IMG/VR virus record: IMGVR_UViG_3300014202_000879
Location: 53,889 to 117,888 of that record
DNA length: 64,000 nt
Reading direction: 5' to 3' (one strand)
Origin: a virus
Part shown: positions 19,595 to 29,210 of the stretch, one piece after another
How positions within the stretch are numbered: the stretch's first letter is position 1
Layout: each line of letters begins with the position of its first letter
Notes under the pieces: model-generated
What the model was told of the DNA's origin: nothing
Databases searched by the model: none
The model's input: the letters and a program-made list of their open reading frames with translations, nothing else
Made by a program: the position numbers and the translations under genes

Positions 19595-21049
19595 ATGTCA
19601 GCACTCATAAGACTGCAAAGCCAACTGGCTATCGAAAACCATTTCCAGTACACCGATGAAGATCGGTTTCTTGATGAGGTAGGTATTGAGAACATCTACC
19701 TGGGCGTTGACAACGGCGATATGGAGAAAGTGACTGCTGGTATCACAGCAGCCCTTGAGAGCGCCGATCGCGTCAACCACTACCTAAGAGACATCCAGGC
19801 TATGAAATTCGTTCCTAAGGCCATCTACGTGCCTTTAAAGCGAAGCCTGTTTGAAACGCTCGATGATCTGTCTCTTCAGATGACATCTTTGGCCACCGAA
19901 GCCGATTATTCGGACGGCGACAACTACCGCAGCTTGGCTCTTGAGAGTTTGACGGGTGCCTTGCGGGCTATCTTTCAAGCCATCCGAAAGGCTTTTGCCT
20001 GGGTATGGGGCATGCTTAAAAAGATCTTTGGCTTCGATGGCGAGCGCAAGAACAGACTGGCTGAGAACAGCTTTCATGATGCGCAAAAGCGACTTGAGAA
20101 CGTCCTTAACCAGATGAACGTTTTCGATGAAGCCAAGCTCAACGAGTTTGTCTCTGATACCACCATCCCTGTGGTGATGCAGATGCGCGAACTCTACAAG
20201 TCGGCTGATCATGATCTGAACTCCGACGACATCCACGGTGGGTGTGATCGTACGCTGGGTGCGGCCTTGCTACTTCGGCAGTCCATGGACGAGCTGTATG
20301 GCTATCAGAGCACCCTGGGGGTTTTCTTATCGACCAGGTTCCTTAATCAGGATGCAGACGGGATCGACAAGATGGCCGACTCGTTCAAGAGCGACAACCC
20401 TATCCAGCACCACCCTGTCCTGGGTGACTTGATCACGGCACAGCGGGGCTTGGTTACCCTACTCAGTCAGAAACTGGCCACAATCAAATACAAAGACCTG
20501 TCCAGTGCCCAGAAAAAGAGCCTGGATGATGCAAACATCGATCCTTCGTCGGTGTTTGGTATTCCGATAGGCGACAGGGTGTGTGTTATTGTGAACAGAA
20601 AGACCAGCGACTCCTTGCCCGAGATCGACAAACTGCTTATCGACAACATTCCTTTGTTCAAGATGCTGGATGGGGACGATAAATCCACCAGCACCTACAC
20701 AAAGTCTGTGATACGCCCGCCTATACCGACCCAGCTTGAAGTGATCAAACATAACTTTCGCAAGTTCTCGGAGTTGGCCAAAGACTTTAAGACGCTACAA
20801 GACAGCCTCTTTAAGTCCAGTGAAAAGTTCAGCGTCTTTGCCACTGCCCTGGAGAAAAGCGGTGGTGAAGACAACGGTCGAGATTACAAGCCCCTGATAT
20901 CCATATTCAGCCACATGTCCAACGTGTATCTGAATGCCTCTACTTGTCTTGCACGTGCTGAAGGCATCCGTACGGAAGAGGTTGCAAAACTCCAGAAATA
21001 CATGGAGTTCACAGCCCAAGCTTACGAATACGCCATAAAGGCCGACTAA
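19595..21049 (+). CDS. Internal head protein paralogue
   Basis: ATG 19595; AIE, GIE, ALE, LATE and LALE sites followed by the amphipathic helix LRAIFQAIRKAFAWVWGMLKKIF. Confidence 0.6.
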   Translation: MSALIRLQSQLAIENHFQYTDEDRFLDEVGIENIYLGVDNGDMEKVTAGITAALESADRVNHYLRDIQAMKFVPKAIYVPLKRSLFETLDDLSLQMTSLATEADYSDGDNYRSLALESLTGALRAIFQAIRKAFAWVWGMLKKIFGFDGERKNRLAENSFHDAQKRLENVLNQMNVFDEAKLNEFVSDTTIPVVMQMRELYKSADHDLNSDDIHGGCDRTLGAALLLRQSMDELYGYQSTLGVFLSTRFLNQDADGIDKMADSFKSDNPIQHHPVLGDLITAQRGLVTLLSQKLATIKYKDLSSAQKKSLDDANIDPSSVFGIPIGDRVCVIVNRKTSDSLPEIDKLLIDNIPLFKMLDGDDKSTSTYTKSVIRPPIPTQLEVIKHNFRKFSELAKDFKTLQDSLFKSSEKFSVFATALEKSGGEDNGRDYKPLISIFSHMSNVYLNASTCLARAEGIRTEEVAKLQKYMEFTAQAYEYAIKAD

Positions 21050-21136
21050 CCTACCCATGGTCTCGACCGATATCGAGATTCTTTGGAGTTACATAAAGTA
21101 GTACCTAACGCGTGCTGTCTACACTGTAAGCACTTG

Positions 21137-21174
21137 TGCTCCACCATCGTAGCGCACGCTACGATGGTGGAGCA
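21137..21174. repeat. Perfect 18-bp inverted repeat with 2-nt spacer
   Basis: TGCTCCACCATCGTAGCG-CA-CGCTACGATGGTGGAGCA. Confidence 0.9.
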
Positions 21175-21204
21175 GTGTTAAATCTTATTCGCAAAGGAAC
21201 CACC

Positions 21205-22002
21205 ATGGCAGACCGCCCACTCAGCACGGCGCCCCCCGTGACCACTCAGGAGGATGCGACCGCGTCACAGATACACGTTATCCATGCGGCTTCCAACAAA
21301 CTTTTGTCTGTTGGACTTCTTTTGTCGCTTGTGACGAAGTTGTCTCTTGGCATCGATAATATCGACAACACAGCAGATAGCGATAAGCCAGTATCCACCT
21401 ATCAAGAGCAGGCTATACAAGAGGTAGTGGATTTTTTCTCTAGCCAGCTTGATTCCATCGGTAATTCCTTAAACAACCTAGGGAATGATCTCGATTCGCT
21501 GGGGACGTACATCGATGAAATAATCGAAAATCTCACAGCTCTTGAGGTGGGTACCATCAGAGATATCGAAGAAAGAGTCAGTGTTATAGAGGACATCAAA
21601 CAACAGTTACTCACACCCACCAGTGTGATGCCCATTGCCTTGGCTAAGATTGCTTCTGAGTTTGTTGCTGGCCCAGCTTTTTCTTTCAGGAACGTGTTCG
21701 ACGATATGCTTCTTGAGACTCTTATTCTGACACTCGACGCACCCTCTACCGAGGGTGATACGGTTTTCGATTTGTTTGTCGATGGAGTTAGTGTTCTTAG
21801 TCAGCCTTTGACTCTTGGTGTTGGCATAACCACCAGTGTAGAGCTGCCGCTGGTTGCACATTCATCGCAAGCCGATCTTGGGCGTCTGCTTATGGCTGGC
21901 GAAACTCTGTCAGGGGCTTTTACATCTATAGGCACTGGTGTGCGCACACCTGTTTTGATGGTTAAGTGGCGCAAGACCAGACCAGCGGACTATTTGGTGT
22001 AG
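21205..22002 (+). CDS. Putative tail fibre/appendage protein (coiled coil plus beta-sandwich)
   Basis: ATG 21205 after AAGGA; heptad-like LDSIGNSLNNLGNDLDSL; beta-rich C-terminus. Confidence 0.5.
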   Translation: MADRPLSTAPPVTTQEDATASQIHVIHAASNKLLSVGLLLSLVTKLSLGIDNIDNTADSDKPVSTYQEQAIQEVVDFFSSQLDSIGNSLNNLGNDLDSLGTYIDEIIENLTALEVGTIRDIEERVSVIEDIKQQLLTPTSVMPIALAKIASEFVAGPAFSFRNVFDDMLLETLILTLDAPSTEGDTVFDLFVDGVSVLSQPLTLGVGITTSVELPLVAHSSQADLGRLLMAGETLSGAFTSIGTGVRTPVLMVKWRKTRPADYLV

Positions 22003-22003
22003 T

Positions 22004-22450
22004 ATGTTTAACCAACACTGGGCAGACTATGTTGCACCGCCCCCTATGCAGACTCTGGGGGTCTTATATATAGGTAGCAGTTTTGCATTTGAGATAGGCA
22101 ACTACTTAACGGTGGGTTCGGACATCGAGTACAATGACCACTACAGTGGCACACTGACAGTCGGCTCAACCGCTGCTTTTTCTGTAGACAATTTCTTGTA
22201 CACAGGGTCTTATTTCAACTACCCTATCTCTACAGACTTAATGGACATATGGTCCGATGATGTCGGCATAGATGGTCTTGGGTTTCTTGAAATGGGGTCT
22301 GATGACGCTGCTGCAGACGCTCTCTTACCTATGCAGATGCGTTCGGGGGACGAGATAGAGAACAACGTAGGGTCTATAGCTGTAACAAGCAACACGTTGC
22401 AGCAGATAGATAAAGTTGCTGTAATCAAACTTCAATCACCATCCATGTAA
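22004..22450 (+). CDS. Hypothetical protein in tail module
   Basis: 148-aa ORF, 1 nt after the upstream stop. Confidence 0.55.
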   Translation: MFNQHWADYVAPPPMQTLGVLYIGSSFAFEIGNYLTVGSDIEYNDHYSGTLTVGSTAAFSVDNFLYTGSYFNYPISTDLMDIWSDDVGIDGLGFLEMGSDDAAADALLPMQMRSGDEIENNVGSIAVTSNTLQQIDKVAVIKLQSPSM

Positions 22451-22459
22451 AGGACAATC

Positions 22460-23446
22460 ATGCCCATAACAATGAACCCACAACTTTTAAGTCTTCACCT
22501 ACAGGCTGTTTTTGATATAGCGGCACCTAATGGAGCATCGCAGCTTTATGCGAATTTGGGCCATGGGGATTTCCCACCATCACCGGTGTCCACAACGTTA
22601 GTTACCGGAACCAGCGGAAACGTTCTCTCTGGTGTCGGTTCTACTTACGGTCTTACCGTATTTCCAAAATCAGCATGGTCGATACCTTCTAAAGGCGCAA
22701 CCATGCTGATAGGTAATGTGGCACTAACCACAGTCACATCGATTGCAAGGGTACCCACTTTCGTAAGACTAGGGACAACTGCACTAATAGGCACTAGCTT
22801 TGGTATCGATGCTTCTGTCGACGTTGTCAAAGGTTCTGGGAACTTTGTCATAGATAGACTAGATGCTGTTGCCGGCATGACCTATTCTCTTAAAGACGCA
22901 CGTCTGAAGATAAGGACAACTGGTGCTTTCTCCGTCAATAACACAATAGCTAACGCCATACTGGCTAGCTTAACAGGAAATGCTTCGATGACGTCTGGCT
23001 ACGCAGGCGCATTTATGCTTGGTCTGCCTTACGTTAACAAAAACGACGGTACACCACAGGCTGCTCCTATTTTGTTAGAGGCTTTTGATGGCCCTGTGCC
23101 GTTGAGTGCCAATGATGAATCCACCGGCACCAAGCTGTGGTCTAAAAGCATCAGTAGCACGGTAGGCGCAAATATTTTCTCTATAATCAATAACGCAATA
23201 GCCCTACAAGGTGATACGTCAGCTGCGATCATAGCCAATGGAATACCTACCTATGTTCGTATTACAAAAGCAGCAGCCACAGCTACCTTATCGGCTCAAC
23301 CTACCTTGACTTATCCGAAGGGCGTGATTCAAGCTCCTGTGGGTGATGGCGTTAATGAAGTTACATTTGACAAGTCTATTTTTGTCGCTGGACAAACAGC
23401 AACATTAAATTCGTTCACCATGATTTTCTATCCAAACTTAATCTAA
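22460..23446 (+). CDS. Putative tail/appendage protein, paralogue 1 of 3
   Basis: 328 aa, T/S/A/G-rich; shares EAFDGPVPLSAND, GTKLWS and PTYVRI with the next two ORFs. Confidence 0.65.
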   Translation: MPITMNPQLLSLHLQAVFDIAAPNGASQLYANLGHGDFPPSPVSTTLVTGTSGNVLSGVGSTYGLTVFPKSAWSIPSKGATMLIGNVALTTVTSIARVPTFVRLGTTALIGTSFGIDASVDVVKGSGNFVIDRLDAVAGMTYSLKDARLKIRTTGAFSVNNTIANAILASLTGNASMTSGYAGAFMLGLPYVNKNDGTPQAAPILLEAFDGPVPLSANDESTGTKLWSKSISSTVGANIFSIINNAIALQGDTSAAIIANGIPTYVRITKAAATATLSAQPTLTYPKGVIQAPVGDGVNEVTFDKSIFVAGQTATLNSFTMIFYPNLI

Positions 23447-23464
23447 CACCAGAAGAAAGCTCAT

Positions 23465-24439
23465 ATGTCAATCTCAATGAACCCGACGTCGATCTACTAT
23501 GCACTAGGTGGTGTTTTCGATTACTTCGGTGGCGCTAATAGTTCACCTTTAGGTTTCATCACACTCTGTAGCGGGGCACCGCCAGGAATTGCTGGTGCTC
23601 TTCCTGATTCTCAAATATTGTCTGGCACTGCTGCAGCTGGTTCCGGTGTAAATTTCCCAGTGAATTCTTGGTCTATCCCATCCAGAGGTGTTTGTATTCT
23701 GATCAACGGTGTGCAGATACCTATACGAACAAGCCTACCAATCAACAAAGTTCCTTCGTTTGTTCGTATAGGGACCTACTCCATGCCAGGTATGGAAGTG
23801 CCTATCGATACTGTTAAAGGACCAGAAAACTTTGTGATTAGCAGTCTCAACCCAGTTGTTTCTGGCGGGTCTGTTGTTCTGAAAGACGCGCGTTTGAAGA
23901 TTCAAACAGAAGGTCCGTTCAGTCTGAACAACGCACTGGCCAACGCCATACTGGCTAATTGGACAGGGAGCATGTCCACTCTCTTAGGTTACGGTGGAAA
24001 TCTTATGTTCGGATGGCCAACCGCATGGCTACCGAATGGTTCATCTGCTTCATCACCTCTCGTTTTTGAAGCTTTTGACGGACCTGTGCCACTGAGTGCC
24101 AATGATGATGCCACCGGTACCAAACTGTGGTCAAGGAGTCTCAGTAACTTAGCAGCTTCGGCTGGTGTTCTTTCTGTTGTGACCAACACAATCTCTCTTT
24201 CAACGACACCTACAGCCAACGCCATAGCTGACGGAACCCCCACCTATGTCCGTATATCAAAAGCAGCTTTGTCTGGAACAGATGCTGGCGGTGCTGAATA
24301 CAATTACCCTAAAATGGTCATTCAAGCACCTGTAGGTGAAGGAGCAGGGTATGTCACTTTTGACAGAACCACTTTTGTCGCGGGCCAGTCGGCTGCTCTG
24401 AATTCCTTCACCATGGTGTTTTACCCTAACCTGACTTAA
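23465..24439 (+). CDS. Putative tail/appendage protein, paralogue 2 of 3
   Basis: 324 aa; C-terminus nearly identical to paralogue 1 (FVAGQxAxLNSFTMxFYPNL). Confidence 0.65.
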   Translation: MSISMNPTSIYYALGGVFDYFGGANSSPLGFITLCSGAPPGIAGALPDSQILSGTAAAGSGVNFPVNSWSIPSRGVCILINGVQIPIRTSLPINKVPSFVRIGTYSMPGMEVPIDTVKGPENFVISSLNPVVSGGSVVLKDARLKIQTEGPFSLNNALANAILANWTGSMSTLLGYGGNLMFGWPTAWLPNGSSASSPLVFEAFDGPVPLSANDDATGTKLWSRSLSNLAASAGVLSVVTNTISLSTTPTANAIADGTPTYVRISKAALSGTDAGGAEYNYPKMVIQAPVGEGAGYVTFDRTTFVAGQSAALNSFTMVFYPNLT

Positions 24440-24443
24440 AGCC

Positions 24444-25364
24444 ATGTCCACCATCAACATAGCAGCTGTTCAAAATGCGCTACAGGGTACCTTTACAGAA
24501 AACTACAGTGCAGCACCTGCTGTCGTTGGGCAGTTGATTCTGTCAAGAGGTGCTATGCCAATATCGCCGTCTGTGGCTATCAGTGCCGCTGACAATATAA
24601 CAAGCGGCACTGTGGCTATCGCACATTCGCTCTTTACATCGCCAGCAGACGGGAGCATCCAGCTACTGAGTCCTCTGACCATACCCATCAAGACTTCTGT
24701 GGTCGATGCTGTCCCAACGTTCATACGACTACAGACAACAGTCCCTGTGGGTATCATAGATATCCCTGTATCCGATACCCCTGGATTAGACAATGCTGTC
24801 ATTTCAAACGTCCTCATCAGCACAGGCCAGTCTGTTCAGATCACAAGCCTAAGTGTCAATCTGGCTGGGTTTAATGACCTCGTTATCTCTAAGTCATATC
24901 TTGATGGCATACTCAGGCTGATGTTTGGATTTCCTACGGCCGCTGGTCACAACAACAGACTGATGGGGACTTGGTCCAAAGTCATCAATTCCTCCACATC
25001 GGCTGAAGTTAACGCTGTGTTGGCCATAGAGGCGTACGATGGCGCCGTGCCCCTGACAGACGACGAGACGCCTGCTGGTACGCTCCTTTGGAAACGCACC
25101 ATTCCCACAGCCGAGCTTCCTGCTGTACTCTCGGTCATCAACAACTCCATCTACTCCAATAGAGTTCACCAAGCCAATGCGCTGGCCACAGGCATACCTA
25201 CTTTCATCAGGATCGTCAAGAACGCCATTACCAGTGGTACAGGGGTTTACCCACGGTTATGCATCCAGCTGACTATTGAGAAACATGTGGGTTTCGCACA
25301 AACCGAAATGGTCACTGGTGTATCGAATACCCTCTCGCAATTCAATTTGTCCATGCTACCGTAG
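24444..25364 (+). CDS. Putative tail/appendage protein, paralogue 3 of 3 (more divergent)
   Basis: 306 aa; EAYDGAVPL, GTLLWKR and GIPTFIRI motifs. Confidence 0.6.
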   Translation: MSTINIAAVQNALQGTFTENYSAAPAVVGQLILSRGAMPISPSVAISAADNITSGTVAIAHSLFTSPADGSIQLLSPLTIPIKTSVVDAVPTFIRLQTTVPVGIIDIPVSDTPGLDNAVISNVLISTGQSVQITSLSVNLAGFNDLVISKSYLDGILRLMFGFPTAAGHNNRLMGTWSKVINSSTSAEVNAVLAIEAYDGAVPLTDDETPAGTLLWKRTIPTAELPAVLSVINNSIYSNRVHQANALATGIPTFIRIVKNAITSGTGVYPRLCIQLTIEKHVGFAQTEMVTGVSNTLSQFNLSMLP

Positions 25365-25376
25365 AAAAGGAAACCC

Positions 25377-25793
25377 ATGGCAAGATACAATCAAACCAGT
25401 CTGAAAGCTGCTCTATGTGCTCACATAGGGCACCATATCGGTATCAGTACCAATATGGATGATTACGATATGAGATGCATACGACCCCGTGTGGGGTTTA
25501 CCCACGGATTCGAGCTCAACACAAAAGTCACCACAGACTATGTGAGGGTTCGTGTGTACATCAAGAACACCATCGTGGAACACTACCTGCGCCCACCTGT
25601 ACTGGAAGCCGATGACCAGACCAAGGTGGGCGCAGAGGACATAATCCGTGTGGTACTCGGTGCCCTTAACCTGGGTACCGCCGAGTACTGTGCTATCGAA
25701 GAAGGAGCTACTGCGCCTGCTACAGACCGTATCTTGTATGAGGATGGGGGCGCTATTCTTTGGCTCAATGGCGACTACATGGCATGGGAGTAA
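25377..25793 (+). CDS. Hypothetical protein
   Basis: 138-aa ORF after AAGGA. Confidence 0.6.
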   Translation: MARYNQTSLKAALCAHIGHHIGISTNMDDYDMRCIRPRVGFTHGFELNTKVTTDYVRVRVYIKNTIVEHYLRPPVLEADDQTKVGAEDIIRVVLGALNLGTAEYCAIEEGATAPATDRILYEDGGAILWLNGDYMAWE

Positions 25794-25796
25794 ATC

Positions 25797-26180
25797 ATGG
25801 GTGAAGATTTCTACGGCAGAAACATCCGTCAAAGGTCAGATAAAGCCCAGAAGCAGACAGAAGGTTTGGTGGCCAAATGTCTGCTCAAACAAGGCTTCAA
25901 CAAAGTAACGGTACCTGATGCTGGTGGTCGGTCCAAACGCGTGACCATCAACATTTGTGCTTACGGTATCTCGGCAAACAACCCTGTGGAGATCATGGTG
26001 TACATCACCAACGATACTTTAGGGGACCCACAAGTTGCGGATCTTATCGATGTAGCTCAGGTTACACGGTACGGGCCTTACGTGAGGTCTCCTGTATCTA
26101 TGAACGCCGATGAGATCATCGTCGTCTACTCTCCTTCTGACAACTTGGTTGCCAGGATAGAGGGCTACCAACTCACCTAA
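25797..26180 (+). CDS. Small beta-rich tail-module protein
   Basis: 127-aa ORF after GGAG; alternating hydrophobic beta pattern. Confidence 0.55.
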   Translation: MGEDFYGRNIRQRSDKAQKQTEGLVAKCLLKQGFNKVTVPDAGGRSKRVTINICAYGISANNPVEIMVYITNDTLGDPQVADLIDVAQVTRYGPYVRSPVSMNADEIIVVYSPSDNLVARIEGYQLT

Positions 26181-26190
26181 AGGAGCCACC

Positions 26191-26415
26191 ATGGGTATTC
26201 GAACAGGCATGCATCTGTCTGGAATCACCAGAACTGCTGGCTCCGATGCCAGCTTTGGTATGACGGCTGCACAAGCAGCTGCTATTGATACCGTGATCAC
26301 AGACAGCCACACCCACCCCAACAAAGACACTGTGGACAAACTCTCCACTGAAAACGAACATTTGCAGTTCAATGACGAATTTATCCACATTCCACTAACA
26401 AACCCAGGATGGTAA
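26191..26415 (+). CDS. Small tail-fibre-associated protein
   Basis: 74 aa after AAGGAG; HTHPNKDTVDKL...GW resembles the C-terminus of the next ORF. Confidence 0.6.
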   Translation: MGIRTGMHLSGITRTAGSDASFGMTAAQAAAIDTVITDSHTHPNKDTVDKLSTENEHLQFNDEFIHIPLTNPGW

Positions 26416-26419
26416 ACAC

Positions 26420-26992
26420 ATGGCACAAGCGTACCTGAGAGTCCTCAAATCACCCACACCTCCTGTTGGACCCACGTATCAACCACAGACCATGTGGCTG
26501 GTGCCCTCGTCCACCAGTGGCTTTCTTGACATCTACATCAGCAACGCCGCTGGTACGGAAATCAAGAAAACACCTACACTCGATCATATCAGCAACATGA
26601 TCGCTACGGCTTTGGCCAACTACGGTAACACCATCATCGTGGCCAACATCACCGAACTAAACGCTTTGGAGTTACTGGCGGTTACGCAAATCTATGTGCT
26701 CGATGCCACAGACGACCCAACTGTCGAAACTGGTGCAGCTGTCTATCTTTACAACCCTGTGGGAGGCACCTTCACCAAGATCCAGGAGCTAGCAACCATC
26801 GACGCCATCGTCAACTGGAGCTCCATCCAAGGCAGACCCACATCGTCGGTGGCCAACATCGATGATGCCGTGAGCAAACGACATCCTCATGCCAACCTCA
26901 CCAGCTTGAACAAGATCGGTGAAGACGGCGAAGGGTTTCCCACCTACGATGGCAATAACTTCCATGTGTTGTTGTCAGAGGCTGGCTGGTAA
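26420..26992 (+). CDS. Tail-fibre-associated structural protein
   Basis: 190 aa; VLDATDDPTVETGAAVY, WSSIQGRP and HPHANL motifs common in phage fibre proteins. Confidence 0.6.
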   Translation: MAQAYLRVLKSPTPPVGPTYQPQTMWLVPSSTSGFLDIYISNAAGTEIKKTPTLDHISNMIATALANYGNTIIVANITELNALELLAVTQIYVLDATDDPTVETGAAVYLYNPVGGTFTKIQELATIDAIVNWSSIQGRPTSSVANIDDAVSKRHPHANLTSLNKIGEDGEGFPTYDGNNFHVLLSEAGW

Positions 26993-27007
26993 TCAAGAAG
27001 TCAATGT

Positions 27008-28780
27008 ATGGCCAAAGCTTACCTGGTTGTCAAGAAAGTCTCTACAGCCCCATCCGTAGGTGAGCCCAACACACTGTACTTGCTGTTGGATGGTGCCAAG
27101 CTCAGGATTTATTGCTCCAATACAGACGGGACAATTGTGTCCCGTCTTATGGATGAGACAGATACCAACAGTCTGATCAACACCATTTTGCTACTGCTAT
27201 CGGGTCAACCCGATGGCTTGGCTACTCTGGATGCAGACAGCAAAGTAGAACAAACAGCCATAGCCTCAGACAAGTGGGCATCGGCCATCACCCTGCTTCT
27301 GAAGGGCGATGTGGGTGGGTCTGTAACGTTCGATGGCAGTGGGTCTGTGGAGATGTTTGTCTCTAAGCCCCATTCGCCTGTGATGACTTACCTGGATGGT
27401 CGTTTGGTCAGAGTGGATTACCACGATTCGTCGTTCAAGACACTGAGTTACACGGGTGACGATGTCACAACCATAGCCAAGATTCAAGGTGATCGTGTTT
27501 TCGTTACCTCGGTGAACTACGACAGCGAGGGCAATGTGGTATCTGCACCTCAGACAGAAATCACGGCTGACAACGCACTGGCGAACCTGAGTAGTGACAT
27601 TGACTTCACCACCGGGTTTCCTTCTGAGCTGTCATTTGCACGGGGATCTGTTCAAGAGAGAACCAACGCAGCAGGGTTCAAAGAGATGATGGGTATAGAT
27701 ACACCTTGTTTGGACTATACCTTGATGGGTGAGTCCCTTGGTCTGTTGATCGAGCCACCTGAGACAAACCTGTTGAGATACAGCGACCAGTTTGGCTTTT
27801 GGGTAAAATCAGCCACCACCGTAACTGGGTCTGCTGCACTGGGTCCAGACAACACCATGTCGGCCACCAAGATCGATGAGACAGCTGTCAATGGCAGTCA
27901 CTCGGTGAGGTCGCTTTCGTTTCCTGTCATGCAAGGAAACACATACACCATGGTGGTTAGACTCAAGGAAGATGATAGGAACTACTTCAAGACAGAACTT
28001 GGTGCGGTCTTTTCTGACTTCAACGACAACTACGTGATAGGTAATCTACAAGGTGACATCGTATTGTCACAGAAAGCGACAGTACGGCACAGCTTGTACC
28101 CAGACGCCAATGGTTTTCACACAACCAGTATCACCGCTTCAGCCATACGTGACTCAACGAGTGCCTTCATCACGCTCTACGTACGTGGTCCTGGTAGTAC
28201 CCTGAGTTACCTGGGCGAACTCGGTAAGGGATTATTCATAACCAACGCCATGGTTCTCGAAAACGCTTTGACTGAGACTGGTCATATCCCTACCTCAGAC
28301 TCAGTGGCATCCAGAGCCATCCAGAACGTGGTGCTGATGGGAGACAATTTCGTCGATACCGTGGGCAGCAGAGGTACAGTTTTGATCGAAGGTGTATCCA
28401 AGATCATTCCAGATGGCTCAAACCAAGTCCTCTTGTCCATGGATGATGGCACCACACTCAACTCTGTTCAGCTGGTCAGAACGTCCCAGACGTCTGCTAG
28501 TCTCAGAGTAGAAACACCAACGTTCACCAGCGATACAGCTGTGACCATCGGGGACTCACTCACCAGCAAGATGGTGCTGGTGTGGTCTCCCTTTTACTTT
28601 CAACTGTGGTGCAATGGACAGCTCGTCCACACAGAAACCAACGCTATGCTACCCCTGAGCCGACTAAGGATAGCTGGTGGCGGCATGGACGGTATTGCTT
28701 TCATAGGGCATGTGAAGAAATTCCAAGTCTGGAAAGACATCATGCTCACTTCCACCATAGCTCAGTCCCTTTCCTCCTAA
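27008..28780 (+). CDS. Fibre/spike protein with probable carbohydrate-binding (LamG/ConA-like) C-terminal domain
   Basis: 590 aa; LKGDVGGSVTFDGS fibre motif; FARGS...GLLIE...TNLLRYS spike-fibre motif; C-terminal LWCNGQLV...FIGHVKKF lectin-like pattern. Confidence 0.6.
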   Translation: MAKAYLVVKKVSTAPSVGEPNTLYLLLDGAKLRIYCSNTDGTIVSRLMDETDTNSLINTILLLLSGQPDGLATLDADSKVEQTAIASDKWASAITLLLKGDVGGSVTFDGSGSVEMFVSKPHSPVMTYLDGRLVRVDYHDSSFKTLSYTGDDVTTIAKIQGDRVFVTSVNYDSEGNVVSAPQTEITADNALANLSSDIDFTTGFPSELSFARGSVQERTNAAGFKEMMGIDTPCLDYTLMGESLGLLIEPPETNLLRYSDQFGFWVKSATTVTGSAALGPDNTMSATKIDETAVNGSHSVRSLSFPVMQGNTYTMVVRLKEDDRNYFKTELGAVFSDFNDNYVIGNLQGDIVLSQKATVRHSLYPDANGFHTTSITASAIRDSTSAFITLYVRGPGSTLSYLGELGKGLFITNAMVLENALTETGHIPTSDSVASRAIQNVVLMGDNFVDTVGSRGTVLIEGVSKIIPDGSNQVLLSMDDGTTLNSVQLVRTSQTSASLRVETPTFTSDTAVTIGDSLTSKMVLVWSPFYFQLWCNGQLVHTETNAMLPLSRLRIAGGGMDGIAFIGHVKKFQVWKDIMLTSTIAQSLSS

Positions 28781-28811
28781 CCATTTACTTAACCATGGAG
28801 ATATACCCACC

Positions 28812-29210
28812 ATGTCTGCATTCAGGAAACTCCTTGACTCCAAACAACTTCCACCAGGAAAACCCATGACACCCAAACTCACCCGCAAGCGCAACGTCTT
28901 TGCCCTCTTGGGCTCCCTCATCATGATCATCCTCTGGTTGATCACAGACCCCGATGCTGGCATCATCACCAGCATGCCTGTGGGTGCCAAGATCTTGGAC
29001 ATCTTCACCGTGCTGTCCAAGGGCATCATCTACGTGCTTCTGCTGCATTTTTGCCGCAAGTACATCTTGGACTACGTCAATTTTCGATCGCAGATGGAGA
29101 AGGCTTGCGAGACACCGCAGGGTGCTGGGGCTGCGGCCATCTCCACAGCCATCTACACCTTGGCATTTGCCATCGTCATCTTTGCAGCCACCTCGGGTGG
29201 CGTGTTCTAG
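28812..29210 (+). CDS. Putative holin (about three transmembrane segments); alternative start at 28866
   Basis: Three hydrophobic stretches; stop codon overlaps the start of the lytic transglycosylase. Confidence 0.55.
   Translation: MSAFRKLLDSKQLPPGKPMTPKLTRKRNVFALLGSLIMIILWLITDPDAGIITSMPVGAKILDIFTVLSKGIIYVLLLHFCRKYILDYVNFRSQMEKACETPQGAGAAAISTAIYTLAFAIVIFAATSGGVF

Noticed and set aside
22460-25364. Diversity-generating retroelement or invertible tail-fibre cassette
   Set aside because: No reverse transcriptase or invertase in the window, differences are not adenine-specific, and all copies are in direct orientation.
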